Origin: Felis catus
Lineage: Eukaryota
DNA: 64,000 nucleotides
NCBI RefSeq assembly: GCF_018350175.1
Contig: NC_058380.1
Span: 86,180,001 to 86,244,000 of the forward strand
Direction of reading: 5' to 3'
This document shows, one piece after another, positions 14,901-59,549 of this stretch. Within the stretch, counting starts at the first letter, position 1, and every line of letters starts with the position of its first letter. Below the pieces are notes generated by a model. The model searched no databases and was not told the DNA's origin. It was given only the letters and a program-made list of their open reading frames with translations. Made by a program: the position numbers and the translations under genes.

Positions 14901-17900
14901 TGCTCGGCAGCCAGGCGGCCCACCTGGCCAGGTTGCAGCTGGATCGGGTGTCGGAGAGCAGCCCGCAGGCTGGCATCCCTCAAGGCATCATGGGGCAAGT
15001 TCCTCAAGTGGGGACCTCGGGCCAGGAGCGGGAAATGGCCGGGGGTCAAGACTCCTCCTACCCCACTGCCTCCTCAGGCCCTTCTCCAGCCCCCGGGGCT
15101 GGTGGGCTGAGTCTGGCGGGGGGGGGGGGGGGGGGGGGGGGGGGCTTACCCAGCGCTCTGGGGCCATGGCTTGGCAGGCAGCTCAGGGAGCGGGAGCGAG
15201 AGCGCCACAAGGCACGGGCCCTGCAGCTCAGGTGGAAGCAGGAACAGCCTTTGGCCGAGACCTCTGAAGAGCTCAAGGCCACCACCCCCCAGACCCTGGA
15301 GGGAAAGCCAGAAGGTCCAAAAGAAGAAGCTGAGACCCCCCAAAAGGAGGAAAAACAGGCGAGTGTACCACATGCTGGGGCCTAGGGCCTGGAGGTCTGG
15401 GGGGAGCATACCCTAAGCCAGGGCTGAGGGATGCAGATTGGCTGGAGGCTGGCATCCGGGTCTGGCTCTGCCGCCACTCAGCTGTGTGACTCGGGCTGGG
15501 GACATTCTGCTCTGAGATGGGGATGGTACCAGTAAGGGGTACACCCCTGAGGAAGGGCACACGAGGATGTGGGCCCCTCACAAGGAGGCCTTCCCACACT
15601 TGGCCACGCTCACCTTCATAAATTCCGTGTGTGTTGGCTGTGCCAGGATTTTCTTAATTCTGCAATCCAGTTCAAAAAACTTTTTTATTGAATGTAATGT
15701 AAATATAGAAAAGTACACAAATCCTAAGGGAGCGAGCTGATGACTTTTCACAAACTGAATACACCCACGACACCATTATCTTTTGAAAGACCACATTCCC
15801 AGGCCCCCTGCAGGTCCCTCCCCTAGCCCAGTGCACCCCCAAGGCTGTCCTGACTGCTGACGTCACAAATGAACGTGTCTGTTCACGCCCGTGGACGGAT
15901 ACAGTGTGCCCGCTTGTCTGACTCCTTTCACTAAGCTTGTTGGTGAGATGCATCTAAGCTGACCGCTCATTCCCATCGCTGTAGAGAATTCCATCCTGTG
16001 GAAGCCCCACGATTTGTCCGCTCCGCTGCTGATGCGAGTACACTTGTGTTCAGAGGAAACGTTACGAATGAGTAAACGGACCACGAGCATCCCTTGCCAT
16101 AAACGGCAACAGCCAGCGCTAGTTTTTTAGCTCACGCCGCAACACACAAATGCAGAACTTTGATTTGTGTGCCCTCTGAAGTCATCGTGAGCTCCCTCCC
16201 TCGGGGCGAGGTAGAGCTAGCGCCTGCCCGTCCTCACTTCCATTCCCCTCAGCCTGCAGGCGTGAGTGGGTCGGAGGGGTCCAGCAGCCACACGCCTGGC
16301 TGTGGCGTCCTGCAGGCCCGGATTCAAGCCCCGCCTCTCTGCTTTCTTAGCTGCGTGTCCCGGGCAGGCTGCTGCGGCACCCGTAGCCTGGGTTTCTAGA
16401 CCATGAGAGGGTAGTTCCCTCCCAGATATGTGGGAGGATGAAATGGGAGAGGCATGTAAAGTGTAAAAACAGTCCTCCATTCTTCACTAGCTGTTCCCCA
16501 GGGCACAGCACTTCACCATTTACAGAAGCCTGTCCCACACTTGAACTCATTTGCCTTTTGAAACTGAGGCCCAAGCAGCTGCCCAAACACTCCCTTTCTC
16601 AGAGTGCCATGCCAGTCTGGTCTGCCCACTCCCCTTCCTGGCCAGTCTTAGCCTGTCCGTGTCCCACCCAGCCCCAACTGGGGACCCTTGCGGAACTCTA
16701 AGCTGCTGGTCTTCCTTCCAGAGCTGTGCCACTGGCCCACGGCCTCCCACAGCCGGTGACTGCCTTGCCTGTCTCCGCCCTAGGAGGAGAAGCCGAAGGC
16801 CGCAGCCAGCAAGGTGAGGTCCCTGTCCAACAGCTACCTCAGCCAGACCTCTTCAGGCTGCATCTTGGGCTGTAAGTCCCCAGCGCTCCTGCCGGCCCTG
16901 AGTACACCAAAGCGGCAGAGTGGGCCAAGGTCAGGGGTCAGAGACCCTCTGGCCCGTAGATGCTTCTGGGCTCTGCTTCTTACAGCTGTGTGACTCTAAA
17001 GCAGGAGTGAGGATGCTCGCTCTGCCAGGGGTGTGGTGAACCCTCAGGGAGGGCTGCACGAGGGGGGTCCTCACCGTCTCCCGCATATCCTACAGCCCTG
17101 GCCCGCCTGCAGGGCTTGGGTTGCCGAGGAGGGCTGGGCTGGTGTCGTCTGGCAGACCTTCCCCTTGGCCACGCAAGGCCTGTGGGGCAAAGGCAAGGGT
17201 GAGACGGACACCTCCTTTTCCTGGAGCTGTCTGCGAAGGGCAGCCTGACAGGTACCCTTGGCACATCCTTCCCAGTCAGGACCCTGTCCACCTCAGAGAC
17301 AGAGATGTCCACTACCTGCCAGGAATACAAGAGCACCTCGGGCACTGCTGTGACATCCTCAATCTCCTCACTGCTGAAGACTCAATCCTCAGACCTGTTG
17401 GAGAACGGGGAAGACCTAAAATTGAGCCACAGGCCCAGAGAAAACGAGGCCGCCCGGGGCCAGAGCCGGAGGCCCAGCCAGACCGCGGCCGCCCAAGGTC
17501 AGAGCCGGAGGCCCAGCGAGATGAAGGCCGCCCAGGGCCAGGGCCAGAGGCCCAGCAAGACGGAGGCTGCCCAGGGCCAGAGCGGTAGTTCCAGCGAGAC
17601 AGAGGCCACCCAATGCGCACGACGAAAGCCTAACAAAACCAAGGCCGCTAGGGGCCCAAGGCAGAGGTTCAGAAAGACCAAGGTTGCCCATGGCCATAGC
17701 TGGGGACCCAGTAAGGCTGCCACCCAGGGCCAGTGCTGGGGACTGATCCGAAGTCCCAGCAAGACCAAGGATTTCTATGATCCAAGTTGGAGCCCCAGCA
17801 GCACTGAGGCCACTCAGGGCCAATGCCAGAAGCCCAGCAAGACTGATGCTGCCCAGAGTTTGAGCCAGAGCACGAGCCCAGGTTCCAGCAAGACTGAAGT

Positions 17901-17913
17901 AACCAGGGCCTGA
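5985..17913 (+). CDS. TTC16: Tetratricopeptide repeat protein 16 (start codon uncertain; see findings)
   Basis: join(5985..6109,6439..6529,6680..6823,7797..7897,7989..8118,10233..10447,11092..11336,11699..11840,14155..14320,14852..14994,15178..15358,16784..16871,17276..17913). The exon-2 acceptor is at 5937/5938 and exon 1 ends at 5209. TPR peptides (VDFYALRAEAYIQLCDFSSA, YNDFAVHCY, GLYINRGDCFFQLG) and a Ser/Lys/Gln-rich repeat tail are present. Phases are consistent if the two GC donors are used. Confidence 0.9.
7350..7558 (-). mobile_element. Can-SINE (tRNA-derived carnivore SINE)
   Basis: Reverse complement of GGGGCACCTGGGTGGCTCAG head, (CT)n region and AAAATAAATAAA tail. Confidence 0.9.
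8491..8680 (-). mobile_element. Can-SINE
   Basis: On the + strand: T-rich tail, GAGAGAG, then ...GAGCCACCCAGGCACCCC head. Confidence 0.9.
12012..12104 (-). mobile_element. Short or truncated Can-SINE
   Basis: Ends in GACTGAGCCACCCAGGCGCCCC; only the tRNA-derived head is present. Confidence 0.7.
12451..12672 (-). mobile_element. Young feliform-type Can-SINE (SINEC_Fc-like) with a 16-bp target-site duplication
   Basis: CpG-rich, full-length copy. TSD TGAACATTTAACATTT at 12435-12450 and 12673-12688. Confidence 0.92.
12703..12930 (+). mobile_element. Can-SINE
   Basis: GGGACGCCTGGGTGGGTCAAGTCAGTTGAG head, CT-rich body, poly(A)/(AAAG)n tail. Confidence 0.88.
13464..13948 (+). mobile_element. Can-SINE interrupted by a nested antisense SINE
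   Basis: Head at 13464-13520 resumes at about 13772. Outer TSD AAAAACATTCACTTA at 13448-13462 and 13944-13958. Confidence 0.88.
13520..13771 (-). mobile_element. Nested feliform-type Can-SINE
   Basis: Complete antisense copy flanked by the degenerate duplication TTGGCTCAGGTCTT / TGGGCTCAGTTCTT derived from the host SINE. Confidence 0.88.
15118..15144 (+). repeat. G27 homopolymer in TTC16 intron 11
   Basis: 27 consecutive G. Confidence 0.9.
17441..17905 (+). repeat. Degenerate 39-bp (13-aa) coding tandem repeat in the last TTC16 exon
   Basis: Successive units include NEAARGQSRRPSQ, TAAAQGQSRRPSE, MKAAQGQGQRPSK and TEAAQGQSGSSSE, decaying towards the 3' end. Confidence 0.85.
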
Positions 17914-18144
17914 GCCTAAGTCTCAGAAAACCCCAGCCAGAAAAATCAAGGCTGGCCAGGACTCCAGCCCTAGCAGTTACATTGTTCTCTGGAGGGACCC
18001 TTCAGCCCCTCACTTCTTGCTGGGTATGGAATAGATTCTAACCCCCTTCCCCCACACACACACGCTCACTGGCACTCAGCAAACTAGCCTCCTTCCAGAG
18101 CAATTAGATACCTCAGCCAACATTCCTCTGGTCCCATGGCTAAG

Positions 18145-18175
18145 TTTATTGTGTTTGTTCTCTTATAAAATTAAA
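18145..18175. terminator. Opposed poly(A) signals of TOR2A (-, AATAAA 18145-18150) and TTC16 (+, ATTAAA 18170-18175)
   Basis: Hexamers lie downstream of each stop codon in a short AT-rich patch. Confidence 0.7.
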
Positions 18176-18662
18176 AACTTTGAAAACTAGGCCCAAGTGG
18201 CAGCTTGTGTCCGTCTGTTCACGGAGACTGAGAAGTCTCAGCTTGGCTTTACGATACTGGGACATAGGGTATGGAATGGAGGAATGAGAATACGGTGCCA
18301 GACCAAGGGGCCAAGAGGAAGACTGAAGAGGGAGGGAGCAGCCATGAGCCACAGTCCCTGAGTTACAATTCACATTTTAAGAAGGCTCAAGCTGGAGGGC
18401 AAGGTCAAGGCTCACTGAAGTTCTGGGGTCACCAGTGGTTTCCCTAGGGAAGGAAGCAAAGGCCAAGATGCCCTGAGAGCAGTTAAGAGGCCAGGGCCTG
18501 CCCTGGCCCCCTGGCCCATGGCCCGGCCAACATGCCTCCTCATCTTCACTTTGGACTCTGGGTCTCACTCTCCGGGAGGCTCAGGAAAAGAGTCCCTACT
18601 GAAGAGGCCCCAGGGCTCTCCTGCACAGCCTGGCCAGGAGGACAAGGGTGCCATCTAGAGAG

Positions 18663-22105
<3,443 letters not shown>

Positions 22106-22289
22106 GTAGCAAAAACTTGTGCGGCACCTTAAAACTTGCAAAGAGCCCTTTCTGTGCTCTTTTTTTCTTTTACACGATAAAAGAGCGCTCAGTAATATAG
22201 CTTTTGGTGAGCACCTACTACGTGCCATTAGTGTTAGGTGCCTTATAGATCATAACAGTGCCTGTCAGGAAGAGAAATAGTGATATTTT

Positions 22290-22405
22290 GGGGCGCCTGG
22301 GTGGCTTAGTGGGTTAAGCGTCGGAATCTTGATTTTGGCTCAGGTCATGATCTCACTAACAGTGCGGACCCTACTTAGGATTCTCTCTCCTCTCTCTGTC
22401 CCTCC

Positions 22406-22456
<51 letters not shown>

Positions 22457-22507
22457 ACTCTATTTCTCTCTCTCTTTTTCCCTCTCAAAATAAATAAACT
22501 TAAAATA
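22290..22507 (+). mobile_element. Can-SINE with (CT)n microsatellite
   Basis: GGGGCGCCTGGGTGGCTTAG head, long (CT)n, AAAATAAATAAAC tail, flanked by GTGATATTT duplications. Confidence 0.9.
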
Positions 22508-22976
22508 AGAGATGGTGATATTTCAATGAGATACAGGCAAAGTGTTTGACTCAGTAATCGATAAATGATTATTGACAATCTATTATGTATGAAACATGGC
22601 AGTCCCCTACCTAGCAGCTACTGTGCCCTAAGTGCTTGAACATCAGTCCTGAGGAACTGATCTTGTTATTGTCCGCATTTCGTTGAGGAGGAAATTGGGA
22701 TCCAAGGGATTAAGCCTCTTGTCCAAGGCCACCCAAGTCAAGCTGCTGCCAAAGATCTAATGCACTATGTTAGCCAGCCTCTCTTGGTCAAAGGATTTAG
22801 AAGGCAAAGGACCCCAGAAGTTTTGTATTCAGTGAACAGGCTCCACAGGTGTCCAGCCTGGCCAGGCATCGTTTTGATCCATATTGCCTACCTCCCCTAT
22901 CCATGGAATCAAAACAACTGCTTTCAGGGCCCTTCTTAGAGATTCCCTGCCCCAGCTACCCTACTCATGTGCACAT

Positions 22977-22977
<1 letters not shown>

Positions 22978-23010
<33 letters not shown>

Positions 23011-23019
23011 ACACACACA
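22978..23019 (+). repeat. (CA)n microsatellite
   Basis: About 20 CA units with one interruption. Confidence 0.85.
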
Positions 23020-23168
23020 AAGCCTTCTGGGGCCACTTCAAAGAAGTCCAGGTCAGGACACCCAGGTTCCAGCCTTCCTCATTCTGCGGCAGTGACCCAG
23101 GGGGAGTACCTTCTACCTCCAGTTCTCAATTTTCCAGAGGGAATTGGAATCCGAAATTTCAAAAAGCC

Positions 23169-23285
23169 CGGGTGCCTAGGTGGCTCAGTCATTGAGCATC
23201 TGACTTCAGCTCCGGCTAAGGGCATGATCTCAGAGTTTCTGAGTTCGAGTACCATATCAGGCGAGCATGAGCGGGTGAGCCCCGC

Positions 23286-23317
<32 letters not shown>

Positions 23318-23413
23318 TTCTGTCTGTCTCTCCCTCTCTCTCGGTCCGTTGTGAGATTCTCTCTCTCTGATCCTTGCTCACTTGCACTTTCTCTCTAAAA
23401 AAGAAAAAAAAAA
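23169..23413 (+). mobile_element. Older Can-SINE
   Basis: GGGTGCCTAGGTGGCTCAGTC head, (CT)n, A-rich tail. Confidence 0.8.
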
Positions 23414-23574
23414 GCACCCTTCCACCCCAAACATCTGAAATGCTTGGTAGTGCTTTTGTGGGAAACTTAGCTGGGCTCCCCCTTAGTAGGGGCTGCCCAG
23501 GATTTCTCCCACTGGTTGGAATTAGCCGTGTATCTCCACCACTGGTCTGTGAGCTCCACCAGGACTGGGACTGG

Positions 23575-23676
23575 GTTTTATTTATATTTGGGGCTCGAAC
23601 CCACGAACCACGAGATCATGACCTGAGGTGAAATCAAGAGTCTGACACTCAACCGAATGAGCCACCCAGGCGCCCC
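23575..23676 (-). mobile_element. Short Can-SINE
   Basis: Ends in GAGCCACCCAGGCGCCCC; GGGACTGG(G/A)TTTTA duplicated on both flanks. Confidence 0.78.
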
Positions 23677-23843
23677 TGGGACTGGATTTTAGTATTGGCT
23701 GTAACTCTGGCTCCTGGTAGAATCTGAAATGTCCCAGGGGCTAAGTATTCACCGTTGAATCACTTTTTCCCCTTTTCATCTGAGAAAAGATGCTTCCTTC
23801 CACCCCAGGGCCCCCTGAGAGACAGAAGAAAGAGTCATAAAAG

Positions 23844-23849
23844 TTTATT
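23844..23849 (-). terminator. SH2D3C poly(A) signal
   Basis: AATAAA on the minus strand about 410 nt after the stop codon. Confidence 0.7.
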
Positions 23850-24256
23850 ATATGAAAGAACGAACATGGCTTCTGTACATCTATTTACAGAACAGACAGA
23901 CATATTTACAACCAGGTGGAGGCCTTGGTGTCCGGCAGGTGCCCCGAGAAGAGTGAGGAGGTGTGAAGGCTCTCTCCTGGCTCGAGCACAGGGCACCTCA
24001 GCAGGAAGGGGAGAAGCAGAAGCTGGAGGGAGGGAGAGGGTTCCAGTTCTTCCTGAAGGGAGACTTGGCGGGCATGTAGCAGGTGGGACGGAGCCCAGGG
24101 TCCATGCAGGACCCTGGAAGTGCAACGGAGATCCTGGTTTGGGCCCAGAACATTCTTGGGCTGATCACAGTGTCTCTGGGGTGCTCTGGGGAAAGGTCTG
24201 TGCCCCCTCTGTCCCTGTTGCTGCCCGCAGCTGCAGAGGGGAGGGGTCCGTGGGGG

Positions 24257-53749
<29,493 letters not shown>

Positions 53750-53799
53750 CTTGGCGGGTCGTGTAAAGCCCCTGGCCAGCGGGCAAGTGGCCGCTCTCG

Positions 53800-54080
53800 A
53801 CTCCGGACATCAACGTTGAGGTTCTTCCCTCACCTCCCCTTCCCCTTTCTTGCACCCTCTTGCCGCTCGCTTCCTCTGTGTATTTTTAAACCAGTGAAAC
53901 TCCCACAGCTCCTCCCTCCCCATCCTCTCCACGGGGGCGGGCCAGGGCCTCCCCCACTCCGGGCCCCCATGGGCTGCCTCCTTGACCTTGGCTATGGCGG
54001 GGGGGGGGGAAGGGGGGCAGGGGGCAGACCACAAGCCCATGGGACCTGGAGGGCCTGGGGGGACAAACCACAGGCCCTGG
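53800..54080 (-). promoter_or_regulatory. Promoter of the SH2D3C long isoform
   Basis: TATA-like TTTAAAAATA 53881-53890, ETS GAGGAAG about 53870-53876, GC box, RUNX motifs at 54027-54033 and 54066-54072. Confidence 0.6.
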
Positions 54081-57000
54081 GAATGGAGCCCACTGGGTGG
54101 GGGCTGTGGGGGGGACCCGCTGACAGCTGTCAGGGGGTCTGGCCAGCGGCTGGAAGGGTGCTGGGAGCCAGGCCAGCCCACAGGGCAGTTTGTTCTAAGC
54201 CTCAGTGCCTGGGGAAGGACTGGGAGCAGTGAAGAGTGCTGTGGTTAGGCCTGTGGCCCTGGGGACCACCCAAACCCAAGTTCAAATCTTGGCTGGCTAC
54301 TTTGTCACCGTGTAATCCTGGCTAGGCCATTGACTTCCCTGAGCCTCAGTTTCCTCACTGTGAGCAGGGGGTATTTGCAATGCCCACCTCACAGGGTCCA
54401 GTTCGGTGTGAAGCCTGGCACAGAATCGGTGCCCACCAAGGCATGATCATTCCTTTTTAATCCAGGGGGACACGGTGGCGATTTGGTCCACCACACCCCT
54501 TATACTGGGATGGGGGGGATCTGGAGCACAGACGGGCAGAGGGAGTGCCCCAGGTCATCTGGCAGGTTGGTGGCACAGACAGGGCTACATCTCACCCTTC
54601 TAGACCCCTCGGCCCACAGTCTGATGCTTTTCCAGCCTACGTGTGTGTGTGTGTGTGTCACACGGGCAGGACAGAGATGAGGAAATGAAACTTCCCTACA
54701 CAGATTGTCCCAGACACCTGTGGAGGCTGTCAGCAGCTGCAGGGGTTGGGGTGGCCACAAGGCCAGGGGTTTCAAATCCCAGCTCGTGTACTGCGCATAA
54801 GTTACTCCTGCCTCTGAAGCCCCAGTCAACTGATCTCAAGAATGGGCACGAATGCAAGATACACAATTAACTCACAGAGGCTCCAGCACGATTGGACATT
54901 TTTGTCCTGGCCCCCAGGCTGGCAACCGAGCCTATGGGAGAGGGAGTCCAAGGGCAGATGGGGCCCCTCCTGCATCCTCAGCAAAAATAATGATGACTTA
55001 CGTCTTCTGATCAGTTAGTTCATTCCAGCCAGAAAGCTCAGTCCTTCTGTCCTAAGAGGTAGATGTTGTTTCTCTTGCCCCCATTTTACAGATGTGGAAA
55101 CTGAGGCTCCCCAAAAGTCAACTTACCTGGCATTAGGGCCTACTTGTCCAGCTATGGAGGCTGAGGTCCTAACTTCCACTCCTACAGCCCCAGAAACCCC
55201 CTGGCAGCTGGATGATGGGCCCTGGTGGGGGAAGCATCTGACTGAACCTTCTTAATGGGTTGAGAGGGAAACCGAGGCCCTGAGGGGAAAAGGGACACAG
55301 CCTGAGAGATCAAGACATCAGAGTCCTGCTCACAGACAGACCTGGATGGGAACAGTGTTCAAAGCTCACATGAAAGAATGAGGTTTCTCGGTCATGGAGT
55401 TGGGAAGAGAAGGTCCCTCTACTGAGCCCTGACCATGAACCTCCACAGATTGTCCGTTGAGTCCCTACGACCGACCTGTGAGGCGAATGCTGGTACTGTC
55501 CCATTTCACAGATGAGGCAACTGAGGCTAAGGAGGAGCAGAGACTAGGCCCCCAGGTGTCCTAGCTCCCAAGCCGGTGCTCCCTCCCTCCTCCAGTTGTC
55601 AGAAGAGAGAATAGGGCCAGTGGCCTGGCGGTAGTGAGGGGTCTTCCTCGTGGAAGGCAGCGGGTGGTTCCCCTTGGCTTCTCTCCCAGGAGGCAGTCCC
55701 AGGGACTTGGGCTAAGTGCTGGGTTTCTGTCACTCCCGCCTCACTGTGTGACCCTGCCCCAGACCCTTTACCACTTTGGGTCTCAGTTTCTATCTGTGAA
55801 ACAGGGTCAAAGTAGCTCCCAGTTCCAGGGGTTGCTGGGAGGATGAAATGAGAAAATGTGAGCCCAGGCTAGTGCACTGTGGCCTCAGCAGCCCCCCCCC
55901 TCCGCGCCATGGTTGTCGCTGAGGGATGGGGGTGGTTCAGGCCAGGGGCGGATTGGCATAGGCCAAGAAGACCCCAGGGGAGGGCACGTGGTGGGAGAGC
56001 TGGGAGCCCTGGCCACAGGGAGGCCGTGTTGCTGCAGGTACAGCGAGAGTGCTAGCTAGGCCCGTGCTGCCGCTGCCGTTGGCCCCGGGCGCCAGCGCAA
56101 TTGCCCGTCCCTGGGAGAATGAATGGGGCTCAGTGTGGCGGCTCCACTGAGCTCAGAGCCCCCTTTGTGCTGCCTTGAGTGGCCGTTGGGAGTGCGGCTG
56201 GGGACCTGCCGGCGGGTGGCTGTCCCCCAGGCCCTCCTCAGCCTGCGCTGGAGGCCGGCCCAGAGCAGCCCGCACTCCACAGCCCTGAACACACAAGTGC
56301 TTTCGCGCCTCCAGGCTTCGGCTTGGGCTGGACCCACACCCAGAATGCTGCTCTTCCCTCCACCGGCTGGAAGTTTTGCCTCTGTGCGGTCGGGGCTCCG
56401 GGTCCAGACTGAGCCATGGTGCCCCAGGGAACCCTCCTCTGGTTTCTGTCCCCTCCCTCCTGCCCCTTTCCCCCCATCTGTGACTCCCTTGCCCCCAGTT
56501 TGGCCAGGTACCATTAGGTCTCGACGTCACAGTCGAAGGCATTGGCCCCAGGCACATGAGATCATGCAGACCCCACGTGCATGATCTTGGGCAAGTCGTG
56601 TTACCTCTCTGAGCCTCGTTTTCTCCCTTCAGTAAAATGAGACCAATACAACATCCCTCACACGGTCCCGTGGCAGTGAAATAAAAGTTATACTGCGAGT
56701 ATTACCCATATTACATTCACTTGCGTCTTCACTTACATGTTCCAAACAGACCCCATGCCCCCTCAGAGGAGAATTTGCCTTCCACATGTGTATTGGCCCC
56801 ACGCCTGCCATAGGTCTTAGGCTTTCCCCGCCTCCATCCAGTTGTCTGGTACTGAGGCTGGTGACGAATGACCCTGGGTTTTGGAAGCAGAGACCTGGCT
56901 CTGAATCCCAGATTTACAGCTTCCTGGTTGTGTGGCCTTGGGCAGGGCACGTCACCACTCCGAGTCTCAGTTCCCTCTTCTGTAAGTTGGGCCCAATTCC

Positions 57001-59099
57001 AGCAACCTCCTAAGAGGGGAGCTGTAAAGCCCCAGGGAAATGACACGTATCAACACAGGGCCGGGTACAGAGTCAGCACCCAGCTGGTGTGGGCAGAATG
57101 TCCATGGTCTACAGGGCCGCAAGCATCACACTACAATCCTCTGCCCGGTGTCTCCCTATCCAGCACCCCTTTCTCTTCCCGGGACGTACGAGCAGCCAAG
57201 ATCAGCCCACCCATGAGCCTGTCTTCTCCTTCCCTCCCTATGCCCGCCCCCCCACCCCCCCCAACCTCATCCCTGCTCAGGGGAGGAAAACAGAAGGTCT
57301 AGGCCAGAGTCAAACAGCAGGCCAATGATTCCCTCTTCTACTCTGTGCCTCAGTTTCTCTGTTAAATGCCAGCGGGACCAGAGGCTCTCACAGAGTCCAG
57401 TCGGTTAGTCAGCAAACTGACAAACTGGCCAGTGCCTGGCTTTGCAGGCTTAGCTGATCCGTGGAGGCAGGAAACATTTTCCTCAAACTAGCAAATCAGA
57501 AGTCAGTCAGTGAGAAATCATTTCCAGCGAGGACCTCATTTCTTCGCCCTTCCACCTGGATGATCCGGGACCCCATGCCTGGACAGCGCGGGTGGCCTTC
57601 TGAAGAGTTCCCTACTGCTTCTGCCAAGGGGGGCGGAGGGCCCGAAGCTCTGAAGGGAAGTGACTGGCGGATGTTGGGGTTCAGGGCAGGGGTGGTGGGG
57701 TGGAGGTGACAACACCGGAACATCTGCTGAGGCGTCTGCCCACAGGATGTGACTTAGGGAGAGCTCGTGGGAAACAGGCAGGGGACCCATCCAGCCTGAG
57801 TCTGATGGTGGAGGCCACCCAAAACCATGGTAGGCCCCCAATACTACCATCCCCTCCCATACCCCCCGTGGGCACCCAGAATACCTAGGCCAGCGGTGCT
57901 CTGTCATGGCTGTAGCCTAACTCTGCCCACAGCCCAGACGGGTGGGGGCCCTGATATGGCTAAGTGCTTGGAGTTTGTGCCAGACTGACCTGGTTCAAAT
58001 CCCAATGTGGCTGCCGGTCAGCTGTTTGACCCTGGCCAGGGGATGTTGCCTCTGAGTCTCAGTGTCCTTATGTGTACAAGAGAGGTGATAGCAGTAGCCA
58101 TCTCATACAGCTGAGTGAGAATTAATTACCATAAAGTGCTGAATGTATGCTCTGGACCATTTATTTTGCCTCAACAAATTGTAATTGCTAGTTATTATTT
58201 TTTTTCCTCCTTGCCCTTCTCACCCCCAATTTAGCCAATGGCCTCCCTGCTTCCACAGTGCACCCATGAAGCTGATCCCAGATCATTCCCTGACATGTCT
58301 CCTGACTGCCTAAAACACTTGATGGCCTCACACTCCCCTCAGGAGGGGGCTCACTGCTGCTTGGCTGACCCTCGAGCCTCCGCCTCCCCCCCCTCCCCCA
58401 ACAGGGTCTCTTGGGACACCAGGATCACCAGACCTGCAAGGCCAAGCCATGGAGGATAAGACAGGAAACTGGGTGCCATTGAGGGGTACCACACTGCAGG
58501 TAGGAAGGTCCAGGGAATTAGGAAACAACAGGAGGGAGACTGCTGCAGCCACAGCCCTGGAGGGAGCTGGAAAGAGCCTCCAATATCACAATGTGGGTTT
58601 TCCTGAAGACAGAGGAGGTAGAAAGCACAGCTTTGCTGTGGGCTGATTGTTGAGTAGGGCTGGAGGAAAGATCAAGAGGCTCGTGAGCTGGGAAGATGAT
58701 CAGGAAGATGCTGGGGAAGGGGTGGAGTAGGAGAAGGGGGCATAGGGTCAGAGAAGATGGGTGGTGGGCATGGTGCCTGGCATGACAGCAGGCCTCAAAC
58801 GGCACCATTATTATATCCCTGGCCATACTGTAAACAGCCTGACTCAGAAGAATCTTCTTCAGACAGACCAGGTTCCAGTCCCAGCGCTGTCACTCTGACC
58901 TTGGGCAAATGACTTCACCTGTCTGAGTCTCAATATCCTCTTCTGTAAAATGGGTTAGTGATCCTGAGTATTGGGCGGTTGATTCAGGATTCAGCAGGAA
59001 CGCCCAGCAATTCCTGAGCACACAGGGGGTTCGGAGTAAATACTAGCTATTTTTGTAATTACTGACCCGGGGTTGACCAGCTCGGGCACAGCTGATGGG

Positions 59100-59513
59100 G
59101 GACCGGGCTCCTGTGGGCTTCATCCTTGACTCCCAGAGAACAGGGGTCCGGGACTGGAAGGCCCAGGCGTTGCTCTCTCGCCGCCTCCAGTGTCGCCGCG
59201 CCTCCTAGCGGCCGTCGGTTGCCATGTCAACGGCGGGTGGCTGGGACCCGGGGAGGTGGCGGCGGGGGCCGTTCTCTCCTCCCAGGACCGGAGGCCGCTC
59301 CCTCGGCGCCTCCCGCCTTCGCCTGTGGAGGGGCACTCTGAGCCAGGGAGAAAAGGGCTCTCCGCAGCAGCTGGCATGTGGGGGTAAACTGAGGCACGCG
59401 GCGAGGCGCCCCGCAGCCAGGTGTGGAGCTCGGGGCCCCACCTCCGAAGGCGGAGGAGGGGCCGCGGGCGGTGACGCGACGAGGGCGGCCGGCGGACAGC
59501 GGGCGAGCGGGCA

Positions 59514-59549
<36 letters not shown>

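Noticed and set aside
16811-16819. Strong internal donor AAG|GTGAGG in TTC16 exon 13
   Set aside because: Using it would shift the frame of the last exon; coding similarity continues to the 16871 donor.
17441-17905. Regularly spaced repeats superficially like a CRISPR array
   Set aside because: Eukaryotic coding tandem repeat without unique spacers.
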